From positions 1 through 47,495 of the forward strand of contig JBDTME010000001.1 in assembly GCA_039934415.1 (NCBI GenBank): DNA of 47,495 bases. The letters are read 5' to 3'. This document shows, piece by piece, positions 1 to 8,880 of this stretch. Made by a program: the position numbers and the translations under genes. Source of the stretch: Patescibacteria group bacterium (GTDB lineage: Bacteria; Patescibacteriota; Microgenomatia; UBA1400; PJMF01). The notes under the pieces are model-generated. The model worked only from the letters and a program-made list of their open reading frames with translations, had not been told where the DNA came from and did no database searches. Within the stretch, counting starts at the first letter, position 1; each line of letters opens with the position of its first letter.

Positions 1-23
1 CAAACTAAGCACAGCTCAGTTGG

Positions 24-55
24 GAAGCTCCGGGCTTTAGCCCGGTGAGCTTCAC
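24..55 (+). mobile_element. Probable right end of an IS200/IS605-family element (subterminal hairpin, then TTCAC); the element body lies upstream of the window
   Basis: GAAGCTCCGGGCT-TT-AGCCCGG-TG-AGCTTC forms a bulged hairpin at 24-53, followed by AC. This resembles IS605-group right ends. The methyltransferase frame is open immediately after it. Confidence 0.6.
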
Positions 56-1123
56 AGAAAGATTTACTCTGACAGTTATAAAGGACAATTGATTCAAAAC
101 TTATGGCTAGACATACCAATTGTAAATCCAATGGCAACTGAGCGATTAGATTATGCTACGCAAAAGCCAGAGGCACTTCTCAGGAGGATTATAAACTCCA
201 GTTCAAATGAAAAAATGGTAGTAGCAGACTTCTTTGGTGGCTCTGGTGTAACCGCAAAAGTCGCTCATGAACTCGGTAGAAAGTTCATCACTGCTGATGT
301 GGGCATCAATGCTATTCAAACCATGCGTGACCGTTTAGTAGAAGTTGATACGAGCTTCGACATTCTCAAGATCAAGGACGGCATTGATCTGTTCCGCAAC
401 CCACAACAAACGATGGACAAGCTAGCTAGTATCGTCCCTGGTCTATCTACCAAACATGACTTCGGCACATTCTGGTTCGGAGCAATAACTGACAAAGGTT
501 CAGTCTGCCCTTGCTGGATGCCCAACCTCAAAGATAAAGGTCAAGCTATCCTCAACCCTGCCTTGTTTAGCAAAATCATGGATGAAACCGCCAAGCTGGA
601 TGGGATTAGTAAAGTCGTGATCTGTAGTGTGGACATCACAGGTCAGGCTGAGATCGACAAAATGAGAAAAGACTATGATCTGCGTGATGCTGATGGCAAG
701 CCTGTTCAGTTCGTTTTCAAAGACCTCAAGGAGTTGATCGACCTGATCGTTAGCCCTGACGTGGTGGAATACACCATCAAGGAGCAATCGGGTAAGTTTG
801 TCATCGCTTTTGATCGTTTCATCTCTGATGCTTTGATTCAAAAAATTGCTGAGTTCAATGCCAAGAAAACGGCAAATGAGAAAAAGATCGAGATCAGTGA
901 CAATGGCTTGGAGCTAATCGAGTTCATCAGCGTAGACTGCACCAACGTTGACGGCGTTTGGGTGTCTGACTATGAGGTCAAAATTGATAAGAACGGTTAC
1001 ATGATCGTCAATGGCGAGCAAACAAAGCAGTTCTGGGATGGCACAGTCACAGTGAGTAGAAAGCCTTTGCGAATCAAAGTCAGAAACATTGCTGGGGATG
1101 AGGTAGTGGTCGTGACTGACTGA
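56..1123 (+). pseudogene. 3' part of an N4/N6 DNA methyltransferase (Mod-like), 5'-truncated at the IS-like end
   Basis: Motifs LWLDIP, YATQKPEALLRRII and the SAM-binding VADFFGGSGVTA. The frame continues upstream of the called TTG (RKIYSDSYKGQ from 56) and hits a TAG at 38-40 inside the hairpin. No DPPY-type catalytic motif is present in the window. Confidence 0.8.
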
Positions 1124-1124
1124 A

Positions 1125-1484
1125 ATGAAGATGTATAATGAACGTAATATGAAAGAACTTAGTCAAGATCAATTACAATCTATTTTAGATAATTACTCCG
1201 TGGGAAAAATCATTGACTCGTGGGTATTATCAAATGTTTCAGTTGACGGTCATGCAGGAGTAAATCTTTCAAGAAGTTTGGCTGAAACCAATCAGGGCTT
1301 GTATATTATCACTTTCACTTCAAATGATGATCTTCACGGTTTATGGTGGAGTTCTGATGCAAAAGACTTTGTGGCAACACTAGCTAAAGCCCTGAAGCTG
1401 AAAAACGCAAAATTACTTCTTACTAATGAGAATAGTAGCACTGTTCATAAATTTGATTTGCGAATTTCAGTATTTTCACTCTAA
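1125..1484 (+). CDS. Hypothetical protein, 119 aa; N-terminus loosely resembles an APH/type II homoserine kinase N-lobe
   Basis: Starts 1 nt after the MTase stop and ends just before a hairpin. The resemblance is by eye only. Confidence 0.6.
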   Translation: MKMYNERNMKELSQDQLQSILDNYSVGKIIDSWVLSNVSVDGHAGVNLSRSLAETNQGLYIITFTSNDDLHGLWWSSDAKDFVATLAKALKLKNAKLLLTNENSSTVHKFDLRISVFSL

Positions 1485-1490
1485 CAAAGG

Positions 1491-1520
1491 AATAGCCCCC
1501 AACCGAAGTCAGGGGCTATT
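1491..1520. terminator. Likely bidirectional intrinsic terminator
   Basis: AATAGCCCC / GGGGCTATT 9-bp inverted repeat between convergent genes. Confidence 0.7.
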
Positions 1521-1547
1521 TGAGTGACGAACAACACTTTCCGCGAC

Positions 1548-1778
1548 TTAGTCCCAGTAACCCGATGTTACAGCGACTGCAATCATGCGCCAAGCACCTT
1601 TGTCTGTGCCTCGCGAGCGGATAGCACTGATGTCTGCGTAATCCCGATCCACGATAAACGTGGTGTGGTCATAACGCGAACCAATCGAAACGAACTTCTT
1701 GCCAGGATAGCGAGGGTCTTCACAGTCACCGTAGGTAACTGTTTCACCGCCGATTTGTACCTGCTGTGAGTTTGCCAT
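1548..1778 (-). CDS. Hypothetical protein, 76 aa (MANSQQVQIGGET...)
   Basis: AAGGAG lies about 9 nt upstream of the ATG at 1778, and the gene converges on the 1491-1520 hairpin. Confidence 0.6.
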   Translation of the reverse strand: MANSQQVQIGGETVTYGDCEDPRYPGKKFVSIGSRYDHTTFIVDRDYADISAIRSRGTDKGAWRMIAVAVTSGYWD

Positions 1779-2134
1779 TTGCTTGTTCTCCTTTATTCTA
1801 GAGGAACAAGTCGCATGGGTGAAGTTCGTCACTCGTTTAGATGACTCATCTTTTCCCCGTACTGGAGTGAGATAAGCTTCTCTAAGCCTGGTATTATATC
1901 AAAAGATACCAAAAAATACCAGAGAAACATACTAAGTTAGGACTTTGCGCACCTATATTCTCAGCCTAAGTAAGCAACATTCAAAGCATTTGGTTGGTTT
2001 TCATCAAGTAGATAACACTGGTATAATTTTCTAACACACTCCCTTACTCTACCCATACTCTTTTTTCACTCTGTTAATTCAGACAACCCTCACCTGAAGA
2101 TTGAACATATCTTCAACTTTGTTACAATCAAATC

Positions 2135-2548
2135 ATGAATAAACTAACTGTTGAAACTACCGTGAACTCTCCTATAAAAAAAGTCTGGGAGTGTTGGACG
2201 ATGCCAGAACATATTACACAGTGGGCATTCGCAACTAATGATTGGGAAGCACCATCCGCTGAGAATGATGTTCGTGTCGGTGGGAAATTTAAGACTTCGA
2301 TGTCTGCTAAAGACAAAAGTGCAGCTTTTGATTTCAAGGGTGTCTACACAGCAGTAGAAGAATTCTCCAATATTGAGTATGACATGGAAGATGGACGACA
2401 CGTGAGCATTACGTTTACAGAAACGCCAACAGGTGTAAAAATCATTGAGATTTTTGATCCGGAAAGTGAAAATCCTGAGGATGCTCAAATAGCGGGCTGG
2501 CAAGCTTTTTTAAATAACTTTAAAAAGCATACCGAACAAAGTAAATGA
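2135..2548 (+). CDS. SRPBCC/AHSA1 (START-like) domain protein
   Basis: VETTVNSPIKKVWECWT, DVRVGGKF and GWQAFLNNFKKH pattern. A TACAAT -10 sits 6 nt before the ATG. Confidence 0.9.
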   Translation: MNKLTVETTVNSPIKKVWECWTMPEHITQWAFATNDWEAPSAENDVRVGGKFKTSMSAKDKSAAFDFKGVYTAVEEFSNIEYDMEDGRHVSITFTETPTGVKIIEIFDPESENPEDAQIAGWQAFLNNFKKHTEQSK

Positions 2549-2681
2549 TTGAATTTGGTCATCCATTTCAAGAACAGTTCGGAACTTCATCAATCATCAC
2601 ACCCAAAACCTTTTCTGTTATCTTCTGCCACGAGGATTGTTTAACTTTGCCTAAATCCCCTGACGGAGTCTATACTAATGT

Positions 2682-3059
2682 TTGTATATGAAAATTTCTT
2701 TCAAAAGTTTCTTTCAAAATCCAGCGATACGATTGGTACTTGGTGTGTGTGCAATTGGGTTCCTACTCACAAGTATTCGATTTGGCAGATTTTATTTGCG
2801 CACCACCTCAGGAGTACTCGATTTCTCAGGTAAAATAATTTCAGTAGAGCCCAATGTACTTAGAATACAAAATAGGAGTGGAAAAGTAGCGACTGTCTAT
2901 TTAGATGACAGTACGACATATCAGCTTGATGAAGGGCAATCTTCAGAAAATTTAACTGTTGGCTTGTTTATTCTGGTATCTGGAAAAGTAGAAGTGCCTG
3001 GAGAAATTCACGCTACATACATCCAGAGTCTAGCGCCTCCTCGTGAGCCATTTCCATGA
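2682..3059 (+). CDS. Membrane-anchored small beta-barrel protein (DUF5666-like)
   Basis: One N-terminal TM segment, then GKIISVEPN...LTVGLFILVSG...IHATYI. Its stop overlaps the next start (ATGA). Confidence 0.6.
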   Translation: MYMKISFKSFFQNPAIRLVLGVCAIGFLLTSIRFGRFYLRTTSGVLDFSGKIISVEPNVLRIQNRSGKVATVYLDDSTTYQLDEGQSSENLTVGLFILVSGKVEVPGEIHATYIQSLAPPREPFP

Positions 3060-3658
3060 AATTTTTATCAGCACACATACTGAAACGTTCAACAATTATC
3101 ATCACGATACTTTTCTTCCTGAGTATTTCTTTTGGTTTGTCCTTCTTTTCATCTGATCAAATACTCGGATATATAGGCATACAAAACGCCTACCTGCTCA
3201 TGTTTGTGCTGGCGATCATTGGAGGCATGTCCACATTTACTGGCATTCCTTACCATTTTATTTTAATGAGCTTAGCTGCTAGCGGCTTGAATCCTCTACT
3301 TTTGGGGATGGTCACTGCATTTGGTGTCATGCTTGGTGATACGACTTCATACATGTTAGGTAAACAAAGTTCAAAAATATTACCCAAACGATTTGAAAAA
3401 CCTTTAAACCAACTGGCATCCTGGTTAGCATCACATCCTAAACTCATCACACCCTCATTAATTTTATATGGAGCTTTTTCTCCATTCTCAAATGATTTCA
3501 TTGTCATTTCTATGGGATTAATTCGCTACCCCTACAAGAAACTGATTCCACCTCTAACCATAGGGAACATTTTCTACAACGTAGCATTAGCGTATCTCGG
3601 CTTTTATGCATTTGATTCAATTCAAGCATGGTTTGGTACATTGTCACTCTTTCACTAA
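3056..3658 (+). CDS. DedA/VTT-family membrane protein
   Basis: Hydrophobic throughout; GVMLGDTTSYMLGK and SPFSNDFIVISMGL motifs. Confidence 0.75.
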   Translation: MKFLSAHILKRSTIIITILFFLSISFGLSFFSSDQILGYIGIQNAYLLMFVLAIIGGMSTFTGIPYHFILMSLAASGLNPLLLGMVTAFGVMLGDTTSYMLGKQSSKILPKRFEKPLNQLASWLASHPKLITPSLILYGAFSPFSNDFIVISMGLIRYPYKKLIPPLTIGNIFYNVALAYLGFYAFDSIQAWFGTLSLFH

Positions 3659-3674
3659 AGGCCAATAGGCATTC

Positions 3675-3932
3675 TCACTTTTCGATAAGAGTAAATTTTG
3701 CTCTGGGCTTAATTAGTAAGAAGCTTATGCCAACTTTTTGAGCTCCTTCGCAGTCAGATACTGAATCGGTCAATAATAAACAATCTTGATATCTTTTTAA
3801 GATCCTCTTGAATGGAAGTCCAGTCCTCTTAGAAAATGGACATCTTGTTTTATCAACAGAGTTTTGAACATCGAAAAGTTGCAGGATACCTAATTGCTGA
3901 AGTGCATACGATGATTCTGGTTTTATTGAAAT
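3675..3932 (-). pseudogene. Startless HAD-hydrolase-like fragment (not in the ORF track)
   Basis: My manual translation is ISIKPESSYALQQLGILQLFDVQNSVDKTRCPFSKRTGLPFKRILKRYQDCLLLTDSVSDCEGAQKVGISFLLIKPRAKFTLIEK*. It has a HAD motif IV-like DSVSDCEGA and an in-frame TAG upstream. Confidence 0.45.
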
Positions 3933-4086
3933 CTATTCATTGCAGATGTAATTAGCACATCAGATCGAAAAAAAAATGCATTCGAGTTCGAGTGAATGAG
4001 CTTGAAATTTAACAGCATAATGACTATAAATGCCACTATTGTTAGTTCGAAAGTATTTTCGAAATATCCAATATATACTACATGAA

Positions 4087-5256
4087 ATGCGTCGAACTAT
4101 TCGCCTTCTCTCTCTCTGGAATTTTTTAACAGACTTTAGTCTGTTTGCGCCAGTGGCTGTCTTATATTTTGCTCGTGTTTCTGGATCATTTGCGCTTGGG
4201 ATGAGTGTTTTCTCGGTGATTTTCCTGACTTCAGCAATTGCAGAGGTTCCAACTGGAATTTTTTCAGATCGAATTGGAAAAAAACAGACCATGATTGTAG
4301 GAACAGCCTTCGGTTTACTATCGACCATTATGTATGCTATTGGTTTATCATATTGGTGGTTAATTTTAGGAGCAATACTTGAGGGAACTGCCAGATCATT
4401 TTACAGTGGGAATAATGATGCGTATCTTCATGATGTCCTGACAGATCACCATCTCGAACATGAGTTTCATGCTTATCTAGGGAAAGTTAGCGCTCTTTTT
4501 CAAGTAGCGTTAGCTGTGTCAGCCTTGCTAGGTGGGTTTATAGCCCAATTATCTTTTACTTTAGTCGTTTGGCTGAACGTAGTTCCTCCGCTCTTAAAAC
4601 TAATCGTGAGTTTTTTGTTGACAGAACCAAGAAAGCGCTCGGTGAAAACGACGAATGTGTACAGTCATCTCTATGAAGCAGTTGAACTTTTTATAAAGAA
4701 CAAAGAACTACGTTTATTAAGTCTCGCGTCTATGCTCAATTACGCTCTGGGAGAATCTCGATATCAGTTTCGAGCTGCGTTTGTAGGGACACTGTGGCCA
4801 GTTTGGGCGATAGGTATATCAGCCATGTTATCTAATGTTGGAGCTGCAGTGAGTTTCTATTTTAGTGGGAAAGTAATAAGCAAGTTCAAAGAACATGCAT
4901 CGATAATTGGCAGCAACATCATCAGTCACGCAGTGAGTTTCATTGCTCTACTTTTTCCCACTGTGCTTTCACCCGTGCTTTTAGCGAGTACTTCATTGTT
5001 ATTCGGAGTTGATACTGTGGCACAAAGTTCATTATTTCAAAAACACTTTTCCGAACATCAGAGATCAACGATGGGATCTCTGAATGCTTTAGGTGGGAGT
5101 TTGATGCTGGCTATTTTCGCATTTGGACTAGGGTCACTTGCAGATAAAATCGCTCCCGCGCAGGGTTTATTAGTTTTTCAAATCCTGGCGCTCTTCCCTA
5201 CACTCTTATTTTTCGTACTAGCTTGGAAACAGAAAAGTTTGAGTACTGAAATATGA
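4087..5256 (+). CDS. MFS transporter
   Basis: About 12 hydrophobic segments and motif A (EVPTGIFSDRIGKK). Start moved from 4030 to ATG 4087 because TATACT lies 7 nt upstream of it. Confidence 0.9.
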   Translation: MRRTIRLLSLWNFLTDFSLFAPVAVLYFARVSGSFALGMSVFSVIFLTSAIAEVPTGIFSDRIGKKQTMIVGTAFGLLSTIMYAIGLSYWWLILGAILEGTARSFYSGNNDAYLHDVLTDHHLEHEFHAYLGKVSALFQVALAVSALLGGFIAQLSFTLVVWLNVVPPLLKLIVSFLLTEPRKRSVKTTNVYSHLYEAVELFIKNKELRLLSLASMLNYALGESRYQFRAAFVGTLWPVWAIGISAMLSNVGAAVSFYFSGKVISKFKEHASIIGSNIISHAVSFIALLFPTVLSPVLLASTSLLFGVDTVAQSSLFQKHFSEHQRSTMGSLNALGGSLMLAIFAFGLGSLADKIAPAQGLLVFQILALFPTLLFFVLAWKQKSLSTEI

Positions 5257-5468
5257 TGCTACTTGCCATTTAAAAGATGAGCTGGGTTTTTCCAGAACTC
5301 CAAATTTTCTGGTCCTTTTTTTCTTCCAGTAGTTATTTCTTCTGCAATTAAAAAATCATTGCAGAATTTTATTCTTGATTAAACTTTTTTTCGTTGTAGT
5401 TATGTTTAAGTTTGGATTCATTATTCAGTCATATTAAATGAATGAAGTTCCAACTAACTCTCAACCAA

Positions 5469-5493
5469 AAACCCCGAGCTGTGCCCGGGGTTT
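5469..5493 (-). terminator. Intrinsic terminator of the GH16 gene
   Basis: AAACCCCG / CGGGGTTT inverted repeat, with a minus-strand T run, about 24 nt past the stop. Confidence 0.65.
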
Positions 5494-5516
5494 GATTTAT
5501 TATTTTTTTTAACTGC

Positions 5517-7385
5517 TCACGGTACTCTTGCGTAAGCTGTGATCCAGTCGATTTCCACGTTTCCGTTAGCATTTGCGTTCGGACAGGCTGTCGAAAGACA
5601 GGATTCAGTTTGAATAACCCAGAACATTGGTGTATTTGGTACTCTAGTCTTTGGGTTGCCCAAGAGTTTACCGTCTAGAATAAATCTGGTGTCATTTGGT
5701 AACCATTCGATACTGGCTGTGTGCCATTGAGTATCATCAAAACGTGTATTTGAGAAATAAACGTCTTGATCATCACCTGAACTACCATTTTGTCTGTGGT
5801 GAGCAGCAAAGATGCGGTCACCAAAATCACCTTCCGGGAAATCAATCTCACCATCTCTCGGCCACTGTTGACTCTTAGGCCAAAGTAACCAAGCCATCTT
5901 AAAACCTTTTAGTGATGTGCTGTTATTTTGATAGACACGGAAGCGAACGGTGTATTTACCATAGAGTTGTGCGCCTTCTGGATCACTTCCCATTTTAACA
6001 AACAAGCCCGTGCCCATTGGTGTTCCACCTTCGGTATGAACATTTTCAATGAGTACTCCATTTTTGACATACATAACTTTGGATGGGTAGTAGCGCGATG
6101 GTTTACCTTCAAACTTACCAGCGGTATCACCTTCTCCATCACCATAGATGCGGGTGAAGGAATCTTTATAAACGCTCATAAACTTACCCGGCCCTAAATC
6201 AACATTTCGGCTAAAGTTTTCTTTCATGATTTGTTTCCAACCTGGGAGGTCACCGACTGGCATTGCTTCTCCAGAAGGATCAACTCCTGAAGTGGATCCT
6301 GGCGTTGGAGTCGGAGCAGTGGTCACTGAAGGTGCGGGGGTTGGCGTTCGAGTTGGCGTCGAGCTAGGTGTTTTAGTAGCTGTTGGATTACTGACACCTG
6401 TAGCTGATGGTTTGACCGGTGTAGATGTTGCTCCAGTGCTCGAACACGTCATCAAAAATTGCGAGACAAGTATTGAATAATCAGTTAAATCAACTTGGCC
6501 ATCATTATTAATATCAGCCCGAGGATTGGTAGGTGGTACTTTAAAGAAGTTTTGTGCCAAAATACTGTAATCACTCAAATCAACAACTTGATCTTGATTA
6601 ATGTCACCGGTACACGACGATGGGGAGCCGTTCGGAGTTGCCGTTGGAGGAGTGCTGATGTTGGCATCCACTCGTAAATTATCAAAGGACAAAACACTTG
6701 ATGACGAAGTACACGTTCCTCCAAGATAAGATCGAAGGCCGACCTTACCTGCATTTTGGAGTTCAGCTTGGGAATCAGTCACATCGATCATCCAGCCGGT
6801 TGGCTCAGTCGTGTTCTCTGCCCATACCTTTGCACGGAGCGTGGTTGGATTGGTACCTGTAACAACGACACGAAGCTTGTAATTCTTGTTCGCTGAGATT
6901 GTGCCCAAAGGAATGCTAGGGGTAAAGGTAGCAGTCTGTGTGGAGTTGATCAGTTTGCCCCAATACATTCTACCGACACCACTTGAATTTACTCCAATAT
7001 CTAGACGATATGACAAATCAACCTTTTGATAGCGTGAGGTGTGGAAGAGAAAATGTTCACCGCTCGCTGGCAAACTTTTAAAATTAAACGAAACTGTAGT
7101 ATCAGAGCTTGTATCACTCAGATTGAGTAACTCGAAACCGATTGTTGAATTACATTGTGCGAAATTGAAATTTGCAGTTCCCCCACTCACATTCATTCTC
7201 GATTCATTTGTCAGTGCATAATTCGTATTTGCTACTGATTCCAGTCCACTGCTCACCGGTGTATCAAACGCATCGGTAAACACAGCCATGACTCGTGCTG
7301 GAGAAAAACTGAAAAATATCACGGCTATACCGCAAATAACAACTGAACGAGAAAATGAGTGTTTGAGGGAGTCTTTGAATTGCAT
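5517..7385 (-). CDS. Secreted modular protein: signal peptide, beta-jelly-roll domain, type I dockerin, P/T/S linker, GH16 catalytic domain
   Basis: Duplicated Ca-binding repeats GDINQDQVVDLSDYSIL and ADINNDGQVDLTDYSIL (about 6444-6614); TPTRTPTPAP linker; GH16 ExDxxE motif EIDFPE at 5832-5849. Confidence 0.85.
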   Translation of the reverse strand: MQFKDSLKHSFSRSVVICGIAVIFFSFSPARVMAVFTDAFDTPVSSGLESVANTNYALTNESRMNVSGGTANFNFAQCNSTIGFELLNLSDTSSDTTVSFNFKSLPASGEHFLFHTSRYQKVDLSYRLDIGVNSSGVGRMYWGKLINSTQTATFTPSIPLGTISANKNYKLRVVVTGTNPTTLRAKVWAENTTEPTGWMIDVTDSQAELQNAGKVGLRSYLGGTCTSSSSVLSFDNLRVDANISTPPTATPNGSPSSCTGDINQDQVVDLSDYSILAQNFFKVPPTNPRADINNDGQVDLTDYSILVSQFLMTCSSTGATSTPVKPSATGVSNPTATKTPSSTPTRTPTPAPSVTTAPTPTPGSTSGVDPSGEAMPVGDLPGWKQIMKENFSRNVDLGPGKFMSVYKDSFTRIYGDGEGDTAGKFEGKPSRYYPSKVMYVKNGVLIENVHTEGGTPMGTGLFVKMGSDPEGAQLYGKYTVRFRVYQNNSTSLKGFKMAWLLWPKSQQWPRDGEIDFPEGDFGDRIFAAHHRQNGSSGDDQDVYFSNTRFDDTQWHTASIEWLPNDTRFILDGKLLGNPKTRVPNTPMFWVIQTESCLSTACPNANANGNVEIDWITAYARVP

Positions 7386-7441
7386 TATGTACCTAGCATG
7401 TCATGACAAGGTAGGAAAGGTCAAGCGTAAAAATGATCATT

Positions 7442-8095
7442 CTATCGCTTCCATCTCGAAAAGAAACCAGCGAAGCTCCAAGTTTCGAGCACACTCAATT
7501 TATGAGGTAATTGCATTCCCAACTTTGCAGGGAAGGTTACACTCTTAGGTGTGAGGATGTATATGAAATGTTTGGTTTCAATCGACTCTATTCTTCCTGA
7601 TTTTGGATTCTTATCACGAGCTGAGTCCCACCATCTTTTCTCAAACCATTCGAGTGAAAAAGTGCGGGGCTTGCGAGCAAAATCGGGATATGGATCAGCA
7701 ATCCGAATACTGTCTTTGCGAGGATCAATATTAATTACCACGCTATAGTGTCCTCTATCTCCTGATGATCGTCTTTCTTCTTCTGGAGTGTTATAAAACA
7801 AACCTTGCCAATTTATGGCCACAGGCAATTTGTATTTTTTGATGAGTGTGTGTAAGTCCTCGGAAGTAGCACCTTGCTTAAACCAGAACTGGAGGTTGGG
7901 GGTTAATTTTTGTACAGCCTTGGCTAATTGTTTTGGTCTACTCCCTCTACTTTTGATCAGCTTACCAATTCGTGCTGCCGCCACAATTTCGTCTTGAGTG
8001 AAGTTTTTTTTCCGATGGGCATACAGCAATTGAAGCACTGCTGGACCACAGTGAGAGTCAGTTTGCTGGACTACTCGAGGTAGACGGATACTCAT
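7442..8095 (-). CDS. Peptidase C39-like (papain-fold) protein
   Basis: QQTDSHCGPAVL catalytic Cys, GHYSVV His and IADP Asp. Confidence 0.75.
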   Translation of the reverse strand: MSIRLPRVVQQTDSHCGPAVLQLLYAHRKKNFTQDEIVAAARIGKLIKSRGSRPKQLAKAVQKLTPNLQFWFKQGATSEDLHTLIKKYKLPVAINWQGLFYNTPEEERRSSGDRGHYSVVINIDPRKDSIRIADPYPDFARKPRTFSLEWFEKRWWDSARDKNPKSGRIESIETKHFIYILTPKSVTFPAKLGMQLPHKLSVLETWSFAGFFSRWKR

Positions 8096-8103
8096 AGGCG
8101 GTA

Positions 8104-8871
8104 TTATACCGCATGATTTGATTCCTGGACTGGTAGAGATGCTAGCAGTTTCTGGCGAATCTTGTTCTGTAAGAGCTCCCAGTTGAGGAAATAGAGGTAA
8201 CTTTCAACAGGTGAATCCCAGTCGTATTTCATTTGACCTTTCTTTTCAAATCCCGAGGCTTCTAGGGTCCGTTGGCCACCCATATTTTCTACATCTACCA
8301 TCGCAAAAAGCTCCACAACCGGCTTTTGAGGTGAGTCCAGCAGCATCTTCACCTGTAAGCAAGATTGCCGAAGAGCGCTCGACATGAGGCCTGAGCCTGA
8401 CTCAGGTCCGTCTTGAAGCGGTCGTGCCGCAAAGCTGACCTCAAGTACATAGCGTTGGCCTAGAGCAGTCTGGAGGAAACCTTGTTTCTCCATACGCCTT
8501 ACTCTAAATTTTTCTTCTCGTTCAGAGTAAAAATAGATGAAGCCTCGAAGGAATTTTGTTTCTTCAGGATCGGTCTTGCGTGAGTCATGAATTGCGAACA
8601 GGAATGAAGTATCACTTTCGGTTCCTGCCCATTCTCGATACTCTGATTCAGAGACTTGGCGGGTATCATCCATCCATTTTTTTACTTGTTTACTTTGGAG
8701 AATTGCTCTGACAGCGAATAAGTCTTCTTTGGAATTTGGATCAAAAAAACGAATCGCCGCATTCTCACCAGGAGAGTGATAGACATTCTCGAAAGGAAGT
8801 TGGGCATGTTCTGGGAGCGTTATTCCCTCAGGGAGTGGAAAAGGTTGCTTGTGAAGAGGGCGGTTAAACAT
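8104..8871 (-). CDS. GNAT (RimJ/RimL-like) acetyltransferase-fold protein
   Basis: GSGLMSSALR, and AMVDVENMGGQRTLEASGF resembling RimL motif B. Confidence 0.6.
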   Translation of the reverse strand: MFNRPLHKQPFPLPEGITLPEHAQLPFENVYHSPGENAAIRFFDPNSKEDLFAVRAILQSKQVKKWMDDTRQVSESEYREWAGTESDTSFLFAIHDSRKTDPEETKFLRGFIYFYSEREEKFRVRRMEKQGFLQTALGQRYVLEVSFAARPLQDGPESGSGLMSSALRQSCLQVKMLLDSPQKPVVELFAMVDVENMGGQRTLEASGFEKKGQMKYDWDSPVESYLYFLNWELLQNKIRQKLLASLPVQESNHAV

Positions 8872-8880
8872 ATCAATATT

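Noticed and set aside
56-1484. Complete restriction-modification or defence island
   Set aside because: Only a partial MTase and one small ORF are visible; no restriction subunit or other defence gene lies in the window.
1524-1769. Plus-strand 81-aa ORF
   Set aside because: It is the shadow of the minus-strand gene, which has an AAGGAG SD and fits the terminator.
6290-6443. Repetitive DNA as a possible repeat array
   Set aside because: It encodes the Pro/Thr/Ser linker of the GH16 protein; there are no constant repeats with spacers.
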